A DNA stretch of 64,000 nt from Laetmonice hystrix. Its lineage: Eukaryota. Positions 11,660 through 24,987 of this stretch are shown here, piece after piece. The notes below the pieces were generated by a model. It had not been told where the DNA came from. It saw only the letters and a list, made by a program, of their open reading frames with translations, and made no database searches. Positions within the stretch are counted from its first letter, which is position 1. Every line of letters begins with the position of its first letter. A program made the translations under genes and the position numbers. Where the stretch lies: the NCBI GenBank assembly GCA_965235115.1, contig OZ249452.1, positions 15,314,001-15,378,000 of the forward strand, read 5' to 3'.

Positions 11660-14600
11660 GGTGGTATTGTCCGAGGTTTACCACCACCTTATGGTAATCC
11701 TGTTAATGCATCCACATGACAAGACGCTGAGACGTCGCCAGGCCCACATGGCCGAATCGAGGTGAACAAAGCACCACAGAAATTAGCAGCAGTTTCAAAC
11801 AGGTTTATGTGAAGTGCTATCATAACCTGGCGCCAACACTTGCGATTATTTTTTCAACCTGAAGAACACAGACTGACTGATGGCAGGAAAACCGAATATT
11901 GGCGTTTTGAGCAAATAAAATGTCGTTTTCTTCACTTCTGCATCACTGGAAGGTGTTTTAACGAGACTTTGAAAACATACACACAGCCACCGGATATCAC
12001 GTGATCGTCACGTGACGTCATGGAAGACAGACATGGCAATGACCACCTCCAGCCAAGATGACCTTGAGAGCTATTCTACCCGGAACTTAAGTTTCCTCCT
12101 CTACCGGTAGGTGGCGGTGCGGGCTGTTAACAATGGAAGGAATGGTGTTTGTCTGAGGAGGAAGTTTCACCTGCCGCTTTCTATTATAGCTAGGTAACAA
12201 CGCAATCCGAAAAGGGTCCGCTTTACAGGTACAAACACCAAACAGGTGATCGTGAATTCTTGGACGATCCTGAATATGGATGAGGACAATGTTTCGCAAG
12301 TACACTACATTCCTGGTGTGGCAATAAACACATCCTTGTATTCACACACGTGACCTAAGTACTACGCATCAAAGCAGTGTTTCACAGGGAATCCCACTGG
12401 AAGGTAGAAGCGTCTTGATATCTATTCCTAGCAGCAGTGGCAATAATATCCTGATCTGGTATAATCATGTCGAAATAATCCCATGTGATGTCGACGAAGA
12501 TTTTGTTTCTATTGGGTGAGGGGGGTTGAGGTCGGAGGCCTGGCGGCCTGAGGTCAGTGCTGTGCTGTACTATGCGCAGTGTTGTCGTCGCAGTGCCGTC
12601 ACTACCAGTGCCTGGCTAAGCAAGGCCCTATGTCACCAAGGCGGGTGCGGGTGCCAGCAGCCCTCCAAGAACCCATGTATACGACACCGAGACCTCGCCA
12701 GCATAAGCACGACGGCCAAGGTCAAAGGTCAAAGACCCGACCTTCCGGTCAGACTGAATGCCGAAATCAGCCCTGGTACTTCCGCTTACATCAGTTCAAG
12801 GCCCCTTGACCAGTGGTCAATTCGGTCTAATTACCGCCTGCTAATCCGTGTTAATACAATGACCATATAACAAGTCGGTTCCAACTGACTGATGTCACAT
12901 TGTAATCCAGCTGTGGTTAAGACCATTGAAGGGCATTCGATACGTTGCCCTCAGACGTTACTTGTACTATTACCACCTGTTGGCTTATTGACCTTCACCA
13001 AACCGTTACACAACTCAAGCACCCACAGGTGTTCCAATGTGTCCTCACTGAACTATCCACCTTCAGTGTTTAACCTTGATAATCCAATCATACTGGATGA
13101 CGTTCCACTTATCCTGGTTCAGCTGTCTGTGGATGAAGATGAACCTGTTCTTCAGGCACTGTTATCACTCAGGGCCTCACTCGTTGCAGTCAATTCAATA
13201 GTTTATCTGCACGCCTGGCATAAACTCTCCAGTGTGCAACAGTTTGAATCGTCTGACGACTAGCGACTGAGGGTCCAGGAGGCCTGATCCTCGGTAAGTC
13301 GTGGATTAGGGAGAGATTATCCTATCTCTGGTGTAAATCTCACACCAATGGTCCCGGGAAGTGTTCGATCTCAGCTCCAGAACCGTAAACACACACAGGA
13401 ACACTCTATGTGATTTCAAACAGACCGTGGTGACCAGGCGATCTCAATCCGATTCATGACAAAAGGACGTAGTTCTCTCAGACATCCTCACGACTGGCTC
13501 ACAACTGCGAACGCCACGTTTGAGACGGACCGATGACGGGACTGTGACGTCACGCGCGTGGCGCCGTCTGGTTAGCGGACCGTGGATAACGGCTCAGTGT
13601 AATTGTCCCTGGTCGTCCTGCCCTATATCTCTCCACTCTGTGAGCCACATGCAACCTTTGCTTTCAACAACTCTCTCTCTCCTTCAACTATACCACTCTC
13701 AACCTGCACACACGTAGATCTGCCTACACCTGCATGCACTCCTTACCAATTCCACTCACGGCGACCTACAATCTACAACTCATTCTTTTGAGACCTTTTC
13801 TTCACTTAAATCTTTAAATTTTTCACGGCTGGTGGCCACTGAAAGCAAACCATTTTTTACTATTTTATAATGGGTCCAGAAGCGTCCTATATCCATATAG
13901 ACAGCAACAGACTTTACGAGCCATTTCGTTTAAATTTCAACTAACAAATCTGCATTGTGTTCTAGTCGAGAATATTAATTGACATTAATTTTGACACAAC
14001 CAGACTCGTATCCCAGTCAGGGAACATCAGAATGGGGTCTCACTAATGATCATACTCCAATCGTCACTCAAGGCATAATTAGGTCAATCTGCTGGTCCTA
14101 GCTGCAACTTGGATCATGACCCAATTTCCATGAAAACATCCGCAGCCGTTTTAAACCTTGTTCATGCAGGCTGTCTGTTTCCAAGAAGTCTTTTCACAAA
14201 GCTCCCACACAATGGGCATGTCTGTATATCTACACCGTGTGAAACATGGGCGGTTTACGCAGAGGTTTTTCTCGTTAGGAACCCTGGAGTTGTATACATA
14301 ACTCTTGTCTGGCCTTACAATCCTTCAGCCTGCCACGCGCCACCGTTTCTAACATCAACTTGTGTTTGTTTATGCTAGATAACTGTACGTTCCCTGCACA
14401 CAACAGGCGTTCCTCCTTGCTTCAAATACGGATTTCATTTTTTAATTTATCTGACCTCGCTCTTCATCTCAACCACTCCGGCGTCCCCTGTCAGCCAGCC
14501 CCAGGTGTCAAATCTTCGTGACCTTGAGGTCTGCAGCGACCTCTAATGATGATCTATGTCAAACATGGCCTCCCATGGCAATTAACTCTAATCTCGACCA

Positions 14601-16356
14601 GGAATAGCACGCGGATGTCCAAAATTAGACAGCAAGGCGACATCGGAATCGCCAGGTTGTTATGGCAACAGCAACAATCCTTCCCCCGTCCTAATTTTAC
14701 TTTCTGTTTGCGGTTTAACCAAGCAGCATTACCAAGAGGTGAACAAAAGCTTCTTTGACTCTGAAATTAGCAACAGGAGTTCATCTGGGCTGTCTCAGTG
14801 AAACGTTGCCTCCTCAATGTAACTGGTTATTGTAAATGGCGCCGCTGCAGGCAAGGCATGCATTGGATCCTAACACATGTAGTCAGGCCATTTATCCACA
14901 GCAATCTGCCGTCACTGGCGATTTATTGAACGCTCCGTCATATTACGTCTCTCCGCCGCCACTAAGCTGTCTCGACGGCTCTCATTGGACGGGCACAATT
15001 CCGAAAACATACACCTACTCTGCTCATTGGCCGAAAGCCACCAAACGGCCAAAATACACACTAATAAGTACGTCGAGTTGCGTCAAAACTCTACTCTTGT
15101 TTGATAATGAAACGGTCCCGGCTCAACTACCGTACCGGAATGGTCCCTCTGTTGGACGGACCCGAACCGCCAGAGACAGCGGGCATCGTGAACATTACCT
15201 TCTGACCCTTTCTTCACAGACTGATCACAACTCTACTGAAAGCTACACTTTGGCGTCAATGCACGACTTCTAGACTCGCGTTCTATTTCAGGACCTCGGT
15301 GCCCTGCAATTAGCATTGCTAATCTTTCCCAAGTGCCATAGCAACGTTTTCCCCTCTTCATTTACTCTTTAACGCCCCAGTTTTCAATAATCAATTTCAT
15401 TAAAACTACTTTTCCAGGCATGCTGGCTTCTATGTATCACTCGAAAAAATCGGTTTCCATGGAAATCAAACTACGTCCATTGACAGGTGAGAAAGTGGCA
15501 CAGCGGATGCTAGGCCGACCACGTTGGGACGATAAAATCCCCGTCGGTTCTCGACATGGGACAACAATTGTCTCTCACACTGATCCAACAGTGGTCGTCA
15601 GGCACCCGGCCGGGCGGTTGCCATGGTAACCAGTCTACTTTTGTAGTAACCACAATACCCTCAACAGGAGGGCCGCCTACGGCATACATCAAAATTGACT
15701 CGTAATAGCTATAATATCCGGCTGTCTTTCGCCTAATGAAAATGTAACAAACTGATATATGTTTCTGTCTTAATGAGAGGTTTACAATGGCATCCTAAAG
15801 GTAAGTGAGTAAGGCATTACTTCAGTAGGCCAATCGACCACCCGTCTCTGTTACCTCATTGACTACTCTCCCTAGCAACCATGGCGAGACCTACAATCAC
15901 ACCTACGTAACCGCCCAAGGTTATAACTCTTAGTAACCAATGACTACGGAAACCACTGAACGATCTACTTAGATCACAGATATCACCGAGGTATCTCTAC
16001 ATCATATGTACAACCAGTGCAATTCAATGAGAAACTATTCTACAACGGTCTAAGAAGGCAGGAGGCTCAGAGAAATGCACATAGTCCCTTGAATATGTTT
16101 CTGGGGGTTATTATGGCTCACAGATTATTGTACCAACTCAAACACGTTGTGCGTTCAGGTCAGCTGGCAGGTTTGGTCGGATAGTCATGACGTCACTTAT
16201 CCTGGGTCAGATTAGCAGATGATCCAAGGGAATAATAACCCGTTGGTCGTAGGAAAAAGATCACACATTGCATGGAGGGGATGACTTGGAGGGTACAGTG
16301 CAGTATTCTTGATGGAAAAAACACACTGCAGTCCTGCCCACATCCACTTGAGCACT

Positions 16357-16666
16357 TCTGACGTCCGCTGTAGAACTGCCGACGCCCACTGTAGAACTGC
16401 CGACGCCCACTGTAGAACTGCCGACGTCCACTGTAAACCTGCCGACGTCCACTGTAGACCTGCCGACGCCCACTGTAAACCTGCCGACGTCCACTGTAGA
16501 CCTGCCGACACCCACTGTAAACCTGCCGACGTCCACTGTAGATCTGCCGACGTCCACTGTAGACCTGCCGACGCCCACTGTAAACCTGCCGACGTCCACT
16601 GTAGAACTGCCGACGCCCACTGTAGAACTGCCGACGTCCACTGTAGAACTGCCGACGTCCACTGCA
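16357..16666. repeat. 21-bp minisatellite, about 14 copies
   Basis: cactgtagaactgccgacgtc unit; it generates the periodic ORFs in the track. Confidence 0.96.
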
Positions 16667-18820
16667 AGCCCTGACGACGTCCAAGCCAGAAGCACAACCG
16701 TCCACGAGTGCCAACCTTGGGGCCGTCGAGGGTTAAATCATCGGGATCCCTTGACTTTAGGTAAAGCAGCACTGTCTGCACAACGTTTCCACCAAGGAGT
16801 GTGTATCTGTGTGTGGTTCAGTATTCGCCAGGATACACACAGCCACACACAGCCTGGCCGATTTCTGCCCAGTTGCCGACCGATTTCACAAACCACCTGT
16901 TCACGGTCTGGGGCAAGGTCAGAGCCAAATCAAATAAACACTTTCCTCCTAACTCCACATATCATCCACATCCACCTTTTGTTACACCCTCAAACATGTG
17001 GAGTATGGGTGGGCCCCCGGTCGGATGGGGGGGGGGGGTTCAATCGGTTTCCATAGCAACCACCTTGGCTGAAAAATAGACTTGGGCGTTGAGCCAGATT
17101 GCAGAGTTGTGGGTGCAGGAACAGCTGCTCCTGGTCGTTTTCTTCCCCACCGTGAAGTCAGACCATAAGTCACAGCCAGCGGCTAAACATAGGTGGATCC
17201 TGTTGTGTGCCGGTGGGCAACCCGAAAAAACATCGCTTCTTTTAAAAGAAAGAAAGAACACACATGAGGTGGTTCAAACATGTAGGATGTAATCCTGGAT
17301 TTTGGGTGATGACAGTTCCACAGTTCCCTGGCGATAGTCACAGACCATTTCTTGCCACTGTCTCGTTTTGACGAGCTATGATATGAAGATTCCTGGACAC
17401 AAGACAGTTAAAGGTCGTGGATGATTCTGCTAAACGTACTCCCGAGTCCACCTCAATGGTGACCGCTCGACCCGGGGGGCGACCCACCTTGTGTCCTAAC
17501 TGACCACTCCCGACAGGTGAGTGGGTATGTAAACACAGGTATGTCCCGTTATAGTACACCTGATGATGATGAGGTGACCCCACCTCCATCACCTTCCCCC
17601 ATCATGGCCTCAAACACTGATGTCCCAGGCGATAATCCCGCCAGTATCTAGGTCAGATGTCCTCTGTAGTGTCCCCCACTGGTTGTCCCGTTTAGTAGAG
17701 CCAGGCCGATGTAAACACCATCACTGGTAATCAAGGATCACCGCCGATACATGTCATCAGTATTTAGTGGTTTAAATTATCTTAAACACCGGCTGCTTGT
17801 TCACCATGGAGGACACCCAGGTGCTTGTCTGCTGTCCCGGCTGTAGTAAGGTACACAAATAGTGATGATGTCACAGCTGCCCATACACACACACTAAGCG
17901 GCGGGCGGTGGGGGGGGGGGGGGTGAGAATAATGGATTAGAAAGATCCTAGATGTAGGATGCTATCCCAGCTCAGACTCATTGCGAACACTTCCTGGATA
18001 ATTCTCTCAGCGCCTCGCTGCCAACATCTTGGCACACACTGACTGGAGGAAAATGTCTCCCTGTCCTGGAGTCGTCTTCCTCCTGGCTGATGGCGGCTGC
18101 TGCTGCTGCTGTGGTTCTGTACGTCACGTCACACGTATTGGAGGGCGGGAGGCTGCACAATCTCTCCTCTCTATCTCTCTTCTCTCATAACACCAATCTA
18201 CCCTCCAGGTACGGGAAATCCGGACGATAATCTGAACCTTTAATCCACGGTGGGGGGCAGGAGGCGGAGCTGGGGTAGTCGGCCTCAGCAGGTGTCCGCC
18301 GGTGGTGGAGTAGGGGGGCGCAGCCGGAGGGGCCTCCCTGGGGTGCTGACGATCAGAAATGGGGGGCGCCTTGACCCCCTTACTGCAGAAAAAATCCAGC
18401 CGTGCAGGGCTGGCGCAATATGAGCGAGTGTGTGGTGGTGGTGGACGGCGTAGGGAGGCCTCACGTCCGCTGCCGGGGCTCTACTGGCGGTGGTGGCGGT
18501 GATGGCGCTAGTGGTGCTGGCGGCGGTGGTGCTCAGTCTGTGCGGTTAGTGCTAGTCTCTCGTCCCGCCGCTGCTGCTGCAGCTGCTGCTGCTGGATGAT
18601 GCTGGACGGAGGCGGGCGATGCTGGGACGTACGGACGGATGGTTGGGTGGTTAGCTCAGCACGCGCTGCCTCTCTCTGCCTCCCCATCCATGCTTACATC
18701 CACACACACATGGCTCGATCTCTCTCCCCGGCTTGTCACTACAGATGGCCGGCGGTAGACTGTAGTATAGACCGGCCTCGATCGGTCGGTCGGTCGGTGG
18801 CTGGGGTTAGATCGGACCTA

Positions 18821-18980
18821 CACTGCAAACGGTCACACTGCAGACGGTCACACTGCAGACGGTCACACTACACACGGTCACACTGCAGATGGTCACACTA
18901 TATACGGTGACACTACACACGGTGACACTACACACGGTCACACTACACACGGTCACACTACACACGGTCACACTACACAC
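18821..18980. repeat. 15-bp minisatellite, about 10 copies
   Basis: ggtcacactgcagac / ggtcacactacacac units. Confidence 0.93.
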
Positions 18981-19824
18981 AATCTTGACAGTTAGAGTCG
19001 TCTTTATGCCCCCCCCCCACACACACACACCCCGTACATGCGGGTGATCATTGTATACTGTGTCCACCCCCCCCCTCCACCCCGGACTCCTTGACGGTAG
19101 TATTGCCACACCCGCCCGCCTACAGCATCCTTGACAACCCGGCCTACAGACCCGCCAGTCCCGACTCTCGCCCTGTGTCCAACACCCGTCCAGCGGTGGT
19201 GGTTCACACAAACGCTGGTGGTGCTAGCCGTGGTGCTGGTGGTGGTGGTAGATTCTACATATTATAATCTGACCAGGACTGACAAGTGACAGAGAGGAGA
19301 GGGCCTGTTTGGGGAAGGGGGAAGGACCCCCCTTGCCAACTTGATCCACGCTCACCCTACCAAAAAAGGTCACATGTAGGCCTATTGGGTCGGTCGGCCG
19401 GGGCCGGGTCTGAGTGCCATAGCTCCTATACCACAGTGGTCATTTCAATGTTTGTGGTGGCGTATGACCTCACACCAGCCTCCTACCTCCCAGGGTCACC
19501 GAAAGGTGGAGCCACCTGGTCCTGGCTCGAATCCAGTTGCTGACATATAACCGTGGGGTTTCTGACCTCACTGCTGACCTCGTAACGTTCACCACTCCCA
19601 GGTTACAAACATTAGTTCTTGTCTGTCCACGACAGTGTTGACCCCTCTTGAATCAGTTTACTTTTCTTGACGGACCCCCGATCTCCTTGTCCTGAATCTG
19701 TCCTCTCCTCTCATTAACTCAGAATAATGATGAGCCACATCGGAGTGGGTCCACAACCATCTCTCTCAGATGACGCGTTCTGGAACCATACACACATAGA
19801 CCGACCTGCACCTTTGTTGTCTCG

Positions 19825-20270
19825 GCCTGCAAACCAAACTGACCTACAAACCTGACCTGCAAACCAAACTGTACCACCTGACCTACTGTTTTGAGAACAC
19901 CTACCTACGAACCAAACTATACTGAAAACGCCTGACCTACGAACCAAATTTTAGTGAGAACACCTGACCTACGAACCAAACTGTACTGAGAACACCTGAT
20001 CTACTAACCAAACTGTACTGAGAACACCTGACCTGCAAACCAAACTGTGCTGAGAAAACCTGACCTGCAAACCAAACTGTACTGAGAAAACCTGACCTGC
20101 AAACCAAACTGTACTGAAAACATCTGCAATCTACCAAACTGCAATGGGCAGACCTCACCTACCAACCAAGCTTTACTGAACACTGATCTGGACACACCTG
20201 ACCTGCAAACAAAACTATATTGTGCCCACCAAACCGTACTGGTACCTCATGACCTGCAAACAAAACTATC
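19825..20270. repeat. Degenerate minisatellite of about 31 bp
   Basis: cctgacctgcaaaccaaactgtactgagaaca-like units. Confidence 0.88.
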
Positions 20271-21095
20271 GGTCACACCCAAGCATAATTCACTAGATAT
20301 ATCTCACCGAGAAGCCAAACTGAACTGGCCACAACTGACCTACAAATTAAACTTTGAAAAGTGCGGCTTTCAACCAAACTCGGAACACAAACTGTCATCC
20401 CATTTTAACAGAATTGTCATGCAATGATAAAATGCAGAGAAAGTAACCTGACCTCACTGAATCCAACTCCCTTGAATTCTACCCCCCCCCCCCTTCCTAG
20501 CGACCCCCACCCCTCCCCGTGGAACTGGAGGCCCCTTCAGAACCCCACCAACCACAAGTTGTGGTGACCCGATTCCGCGAGTCCTGCAGACGAGCTCCGA
20601 TCAATACAGGCCCGCTGCAGCACAGTCCGCCCCGGGACCTACTATGTCGGTCGGGGGGTGCCAGGATCCAGCCGGGCGGACGGGTCCATTCTCTGGCGGC
20701 GACGGAGGCAGAACACAAGGTAGGGACAACGACAAGCAAGTCCGCCATCATGTCACATGTAACATGTTCATGCTCTGGCTTTCATATTATATATGAGACC
20801 ACAGACATATCGAAAATATATTATTGCATCCCCATCCAGCTGCGCTCCAAATGTGGGATATGCGATGAAAATGGGCAAGAAAATTGACGGCATCTTTTTC
20901 AAGTACTGGAGTAAAGCAAGGACTGACTATTTGCCATCTCTTCCACGACTGACATCAGAGTCATAATAGTAGACCTCGGCAATAGCGAGTTGAACTTCCT
21001 GCTGAGTAGCCTGTAAATGGGATCCTGGCATCCCCCGACTGGCATACTGTAGGTCCTTACACTTGAGGTGATTCGGTCTTTTAACTGGTACATGA

Positions 21096-22290
21096 ACGTC
21101 ACTGCCTTTCTGTCTCGAACTCGTTGTCTTCTCGATCCATTGACAAACAGAACTAAAGAACTACCACCCATCTACTGGATGTCACTGCCTTGTCAGAATT
21201 CTGTCTCTAACTCGTTGTCTTATCTAAACAAAACTAAAGAACTACAACCCATCTACCTGACGTCACTGCCTTGTCAGAATTCTGTCTCCAACTCGTCTTA
21301 TCTAAACAAACAGAACTAAAGAACTACCACCCATCTACCTGACGTCACTGCCTTGTCAGAATTCTGTCTCTAACTCGTTGTCTTCTCGATGTATTATTGA
21401 CAAACAGAACTGAAGAACTACCACCCATCTACTGGACGTCACTGCCTTGTCAGAATTCTGTCTCTAACTCGTTATCTTATCTAAACAAACAGAACTAAAG
21501 AACTACCACCCATCTACTGGACGTCACTGCCTTGTCAGAATTCTGTCTCTAACTCGTTGTCTTCTCGATCCATTGACAAACAGAACTGAAGAACTACCAC
21601 CCATCTACTGGACGTCACTGCCTTGTCAGAATTCTCTCTCTAACTCGTTGTCTTCTCGATGTATTGACAAACAGAACTGAAGAACTACCACCCATCTACT
21701 GGACGTCACTGCCTTGTCAGAATTCTGTCTCTAACTCGTTGTCTTCTCGATGTATTGACAAACAGAACTGAAGAACTACCACCCATCTACTGGACGTCAC
21801 TGCCTCGTCAGAATTCTGTCTCTCGTTGTCTTCTCGATCCATTGACAAACAGAACTGAAAAACTACCACCCATCTACCTGACGTCACTGCCTTGTCAGAA
21901 TTCTGTCTCGAACTCGTTGTCTTCTCGATGTATTGACAAACAGAACTAAAGAACTACCACCCATCTACTGGACGTCACTGCCTTGTCAGAATTCTGTCTC
22001 TAACTCGTTGTCTTATCTAAACAAACAGAACTGAAGAACTACCACCCATCTACCTGACGTCACTGCCTTGTCAGAATTCTGTCTCTAACTCGTTGTCTTC
22101 TCGATGTATTGACAAACAGAACTAAAGAACTACCACCCATCTACTGGACGTCACTGCCTTGTCAGAATTCTGTCTCTAACTCGTTATCTTATCTAAACAA
22201 ACAGAACTGAAGAACTACCACCCATCTACTGGACGTCACTGCCTTGTCAGAATTCTGTCTCTAACTCGTTGTTTCCTCCATTGACAAACG
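21096..22290. repeat. Minisatellite of about 85-94 bp with two interspersed unit variants, about 13 copies
   Basis: acaaacagaact(a/g)aagaactaccacccatcta(ctg/cct)gacgtcactgccttgtcagaattctgtctctaactcgtt.. ending either ttatctaa or ctcgatgtattg. Confidence 0.96.
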
Positions 22291-22680
22291 AAGAATTACC
22301 GTCGGTCTGAGAGTATCAACCTAAAGGTTCCTAGTTCCTGGAGAAATATATTTTTGTAGCCCGTAGAAATTCCACTGTTTTCTCAACATCTCTGGAGCAT
22401 TTATCTTTTCTTTAGCTGAACATCCTAAATTTTCTAACGTCTGGTTGCAAGAATCGCTTTTCTGAATAAAATCAATAATGTAACGCTATAACTCAATGTA
22501 TACCGCATGTAGGGCCTACACAGAAAGGGTTAAACCCACTAAACCTCTTCTTTCTAACAACCCCGCTCTTCCGCCCACACCCACTTCCTTCCTGTCATCT
22601 CCCTTCTCTTCATCACATAAAAACCAATTTCAGCAATCCACAGAAGACAAATCACAATTTGTTGAGAAAAACGAACTTAC

Positions 22681-22804
22681 CTTGAAGAACTTTCCAGAGT
22701 TCCGTTGGTCCTTGAGTTTGGACCCGTCCGACAAAGATTTCTCTATTGCCTGTTTGTCCAGCCGGCTTTGGCTCAGTTTCCGTACTGGATTCATGAGCCA
22801 TTTT
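22681..22804 (-). CDS. trio: Trio exon: linker (KWLMNPVRKLSQSRLDKQAIEKSLSDGSKLKDQRNSGKFFK), phase 2/0
   Basis: tttctttag acceptor and GTAAGT donor; RKWL..PVR.LS motif is conserved in Trio/Kalirin between SH3 and GEF2. Confidence 0.93.
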
Positions 22805-23105
22805 CTAAAGAAATCATGAGAAGAAAAACAGTCTTTAATTCAAACCATTACTCCTGAAGCAACTACTCTGCCATCTGGCGGAAACTGAGAGTACTACTCC
22901 CCTTACCTTTTATTTGCACAACACACAACAGGACACATTCAAAACAAAAATATCATCTCATAGCATCAAGTCTTTGTTACAAGTAAATCATTTACAATCT
23001 TTACAGGTGCAGAATACCAGGGTGTTAAAACAACGAAACAAACATATCGCGATAATTTCACGTCCAGAATGATTGACATTTGACGTGCGTGACGTCATCA
23101 CTCAC

Positions 23106-23229
23106 CTAAAGCTAGTCCTCCTCTTATTGGCCGGTGACGAGGAGGAGGCGGTGCTGTTACTGGCCAGCGAGAAGTTGGAGGGGTGTGGACTTGTTTCAGC
23201 AGAGTTTGTTGTGTTCCCAGCTGTGGGGT
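23106..23229 (-). CDS. trio: Trio exon: post-SH3 linker (DPTAGNTTNSAETSPHPSNFSLASNSTASSSSPANKRRTSF), phase 1/2
   Basis: ttgtttcag acceptor and GTGAGT donor; phases match both neighbours and the junction regenerates SFRKWL. Confidence 0.9.
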
Positions 23230-24578
23230 CTGAAACAACAACAACAACACTTACTGGTTAAAACAACTGACAGCAGCACTAACATCAACTTTACTGACAC
23301 AAGATATACGTACAATCTGCCAACAGCTAGCCCGACTTCTCACCATTCTCTACACAGACATGACTGTGGCTGGCAAAATAGTTTGGAAGTTTCTGATAAC
23401 AGCCAAAGCTGTCGTAAAACTCATACTTTGCCTCCCTGATTACAACGACATAATGACATGGTATTCTGAGATATTGAATAATCGCCGTTTTTCTAGCCAG
23501 ATCATCAGTATGATCAATTACCAGACTGATTAGTTAGGTATTGGAGAATTTGGCGAGCATGGCGAACAGGAGCGGAGACCTTGCTTTCTTTCACATCTCA
23601 AGTAGAAACTGCCACCGAAGAACATTCAGCCAGCATTCAGCCGCTGTCTCGAGCGCCCCCACCGGCAGCCTCGAGCACTACACACGGCCCGGCACCGCAG
23701 CGCCACCTGGCGTTGGCGGGCCGAACTCATCCGCCCCGACAGCCCCGATTCTCATTCTAAAGGTTAGGGCCACCTCTTGTTCACTTCTTTAAGGCCAATT
23801 CCTCTTTAGAAAGTCGTGTTAACATTTATCTCTGCCAAAAACCCTTCTAGCTGCGTTAAGAACTCCTAAATATAGCAAAAATAAGCATTACATTGGCAGA
23901 GTACCTTGAAGAAGGTTCAGGTAATATGCCAGCGCTTCCACACTGCGAGTTATTCTTTCCTGTGGATCTCTCGCTGCCTTCTCTCCTCAACCTAAGTATG
24001 AATCACTTCAGATTCTTCAACAAATTTCACTGTGCTCGCGCCACTGCCGGAATATAACATCTCAGGTACCATGATCACCATGGCAACCAGTCCGCCATAT
24101 CCTCAAGTCATTGACATGGTGACCGATCACACCTCTCACAAAGATCACTCTTTGTTTACAAGAAGGAAAACAATTGACCTTTGCTTGACCTTCCACAGCT
24201 CTATGGATGAAACCGTTCAGATTTTAACACAGAGTGACTGAGACTTTCCGCGTGATTTTACTCCATGTCGGAGACTAGTAAAACGCTCATCATCATTGCG
24301 AGAACTTTGATGTTATTCGGTCCGAATAACAAAACTCTCACCTAGACGTATAATCGAATACTGTCTCTCAATCTTGACTGCATATTTACTGACTTTAAGA
24401 GAATTATCACAAACAGTAGCCCTACTTATTTTATGACGGCAATAAATACTAGATTTTCCAGCTTTTTCTTGCCAGCGTGACCACCTGCGATATCTCCCAT
24501 GCCTACGACCGTTACGGCACAGATCATGAATAATATACTTGTTGTAACGTCATGTATCTACCCATCCGACCTTGACGG

Positions 24579-24987
24579 CAGACATCCCGCGTTCACATCA
24601 ATAAAATACGCAGATACATTTTAGTCCTTTCTATTTCACATTCTACTCACGTAAATAACAAAACTATCAACAATTTGACTGGTCATTAAAGTGACACAAC
24701 AACTGAGAAACAAGCATTGCCTTATCTAGTCAAAACTTTTGGACAGTGAAACTGAGACCAAAGGTAGAGAGAGAGAGAGAGTCAGACATCCCGCGTTCAC
24801 ATCAATAAAATACGCAGATACATTTTAGTCCTTTCTATTTCACATTCTACTCACGTAAATAACAAAACTATCAACAATTTGACTGGTCGTTAAAGTGACA
24901 CAACAACTGAGAAACAAGCTAGCATTGCCTTATCTAGTCAAAACTTTTGACAGTGAAACTGAGACCAAAGGGAGAGAGAGAGAGTCA
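24579..24987. repeat. Direct tandem duplication of about 204 bp (2 copies)
   Basis: cagacatcccgcgttcacatcaataaaatacg... begins at 24579 and again at 24783; both copies end in (GA)n-gtca. Confidence 0.95.

Noticed and set aside
14836-15273. 145-aa plus-strand ORF suggesting a nested gene
   Set aside because: No recognisable domain, no supporting exon chain, composition like flanking intron.
16193-16781. Four overlapping 121-189 aa ORFs with a 7-aa period
   Set aside because: The 21-bp repeat is open in several frames on both strands, which indicates non-coding repeat DNA.
20929-21011. Possible alternative terminal exon ATQQEVQLAIAEVYYYDSDVSRGRDGK* in phase with 22681
   Set aside because: Poor pyrimidine tract, short ORF and no nearby poly(A) signal found; cannot be supported.
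21096-22290. Possible CRISPR-like repeat-spacer array
   Set aside because: The variable parts are two recurring variants, not unique spacers; eukaryotic intron context; no cas genes.
1-22680. GEF2 (second DH-PH) exons
   Set aside because: Searched by eye for ETERDYV, GNIHQIYDWH and KPVQR-type motifs and found none; they are presumed to lie left of the window.
23470-23510. CTGATGA...GAAA on the minus strand, resembling a hammerhead core
   Set aside because: No credible helix II or flanking helices I and III.
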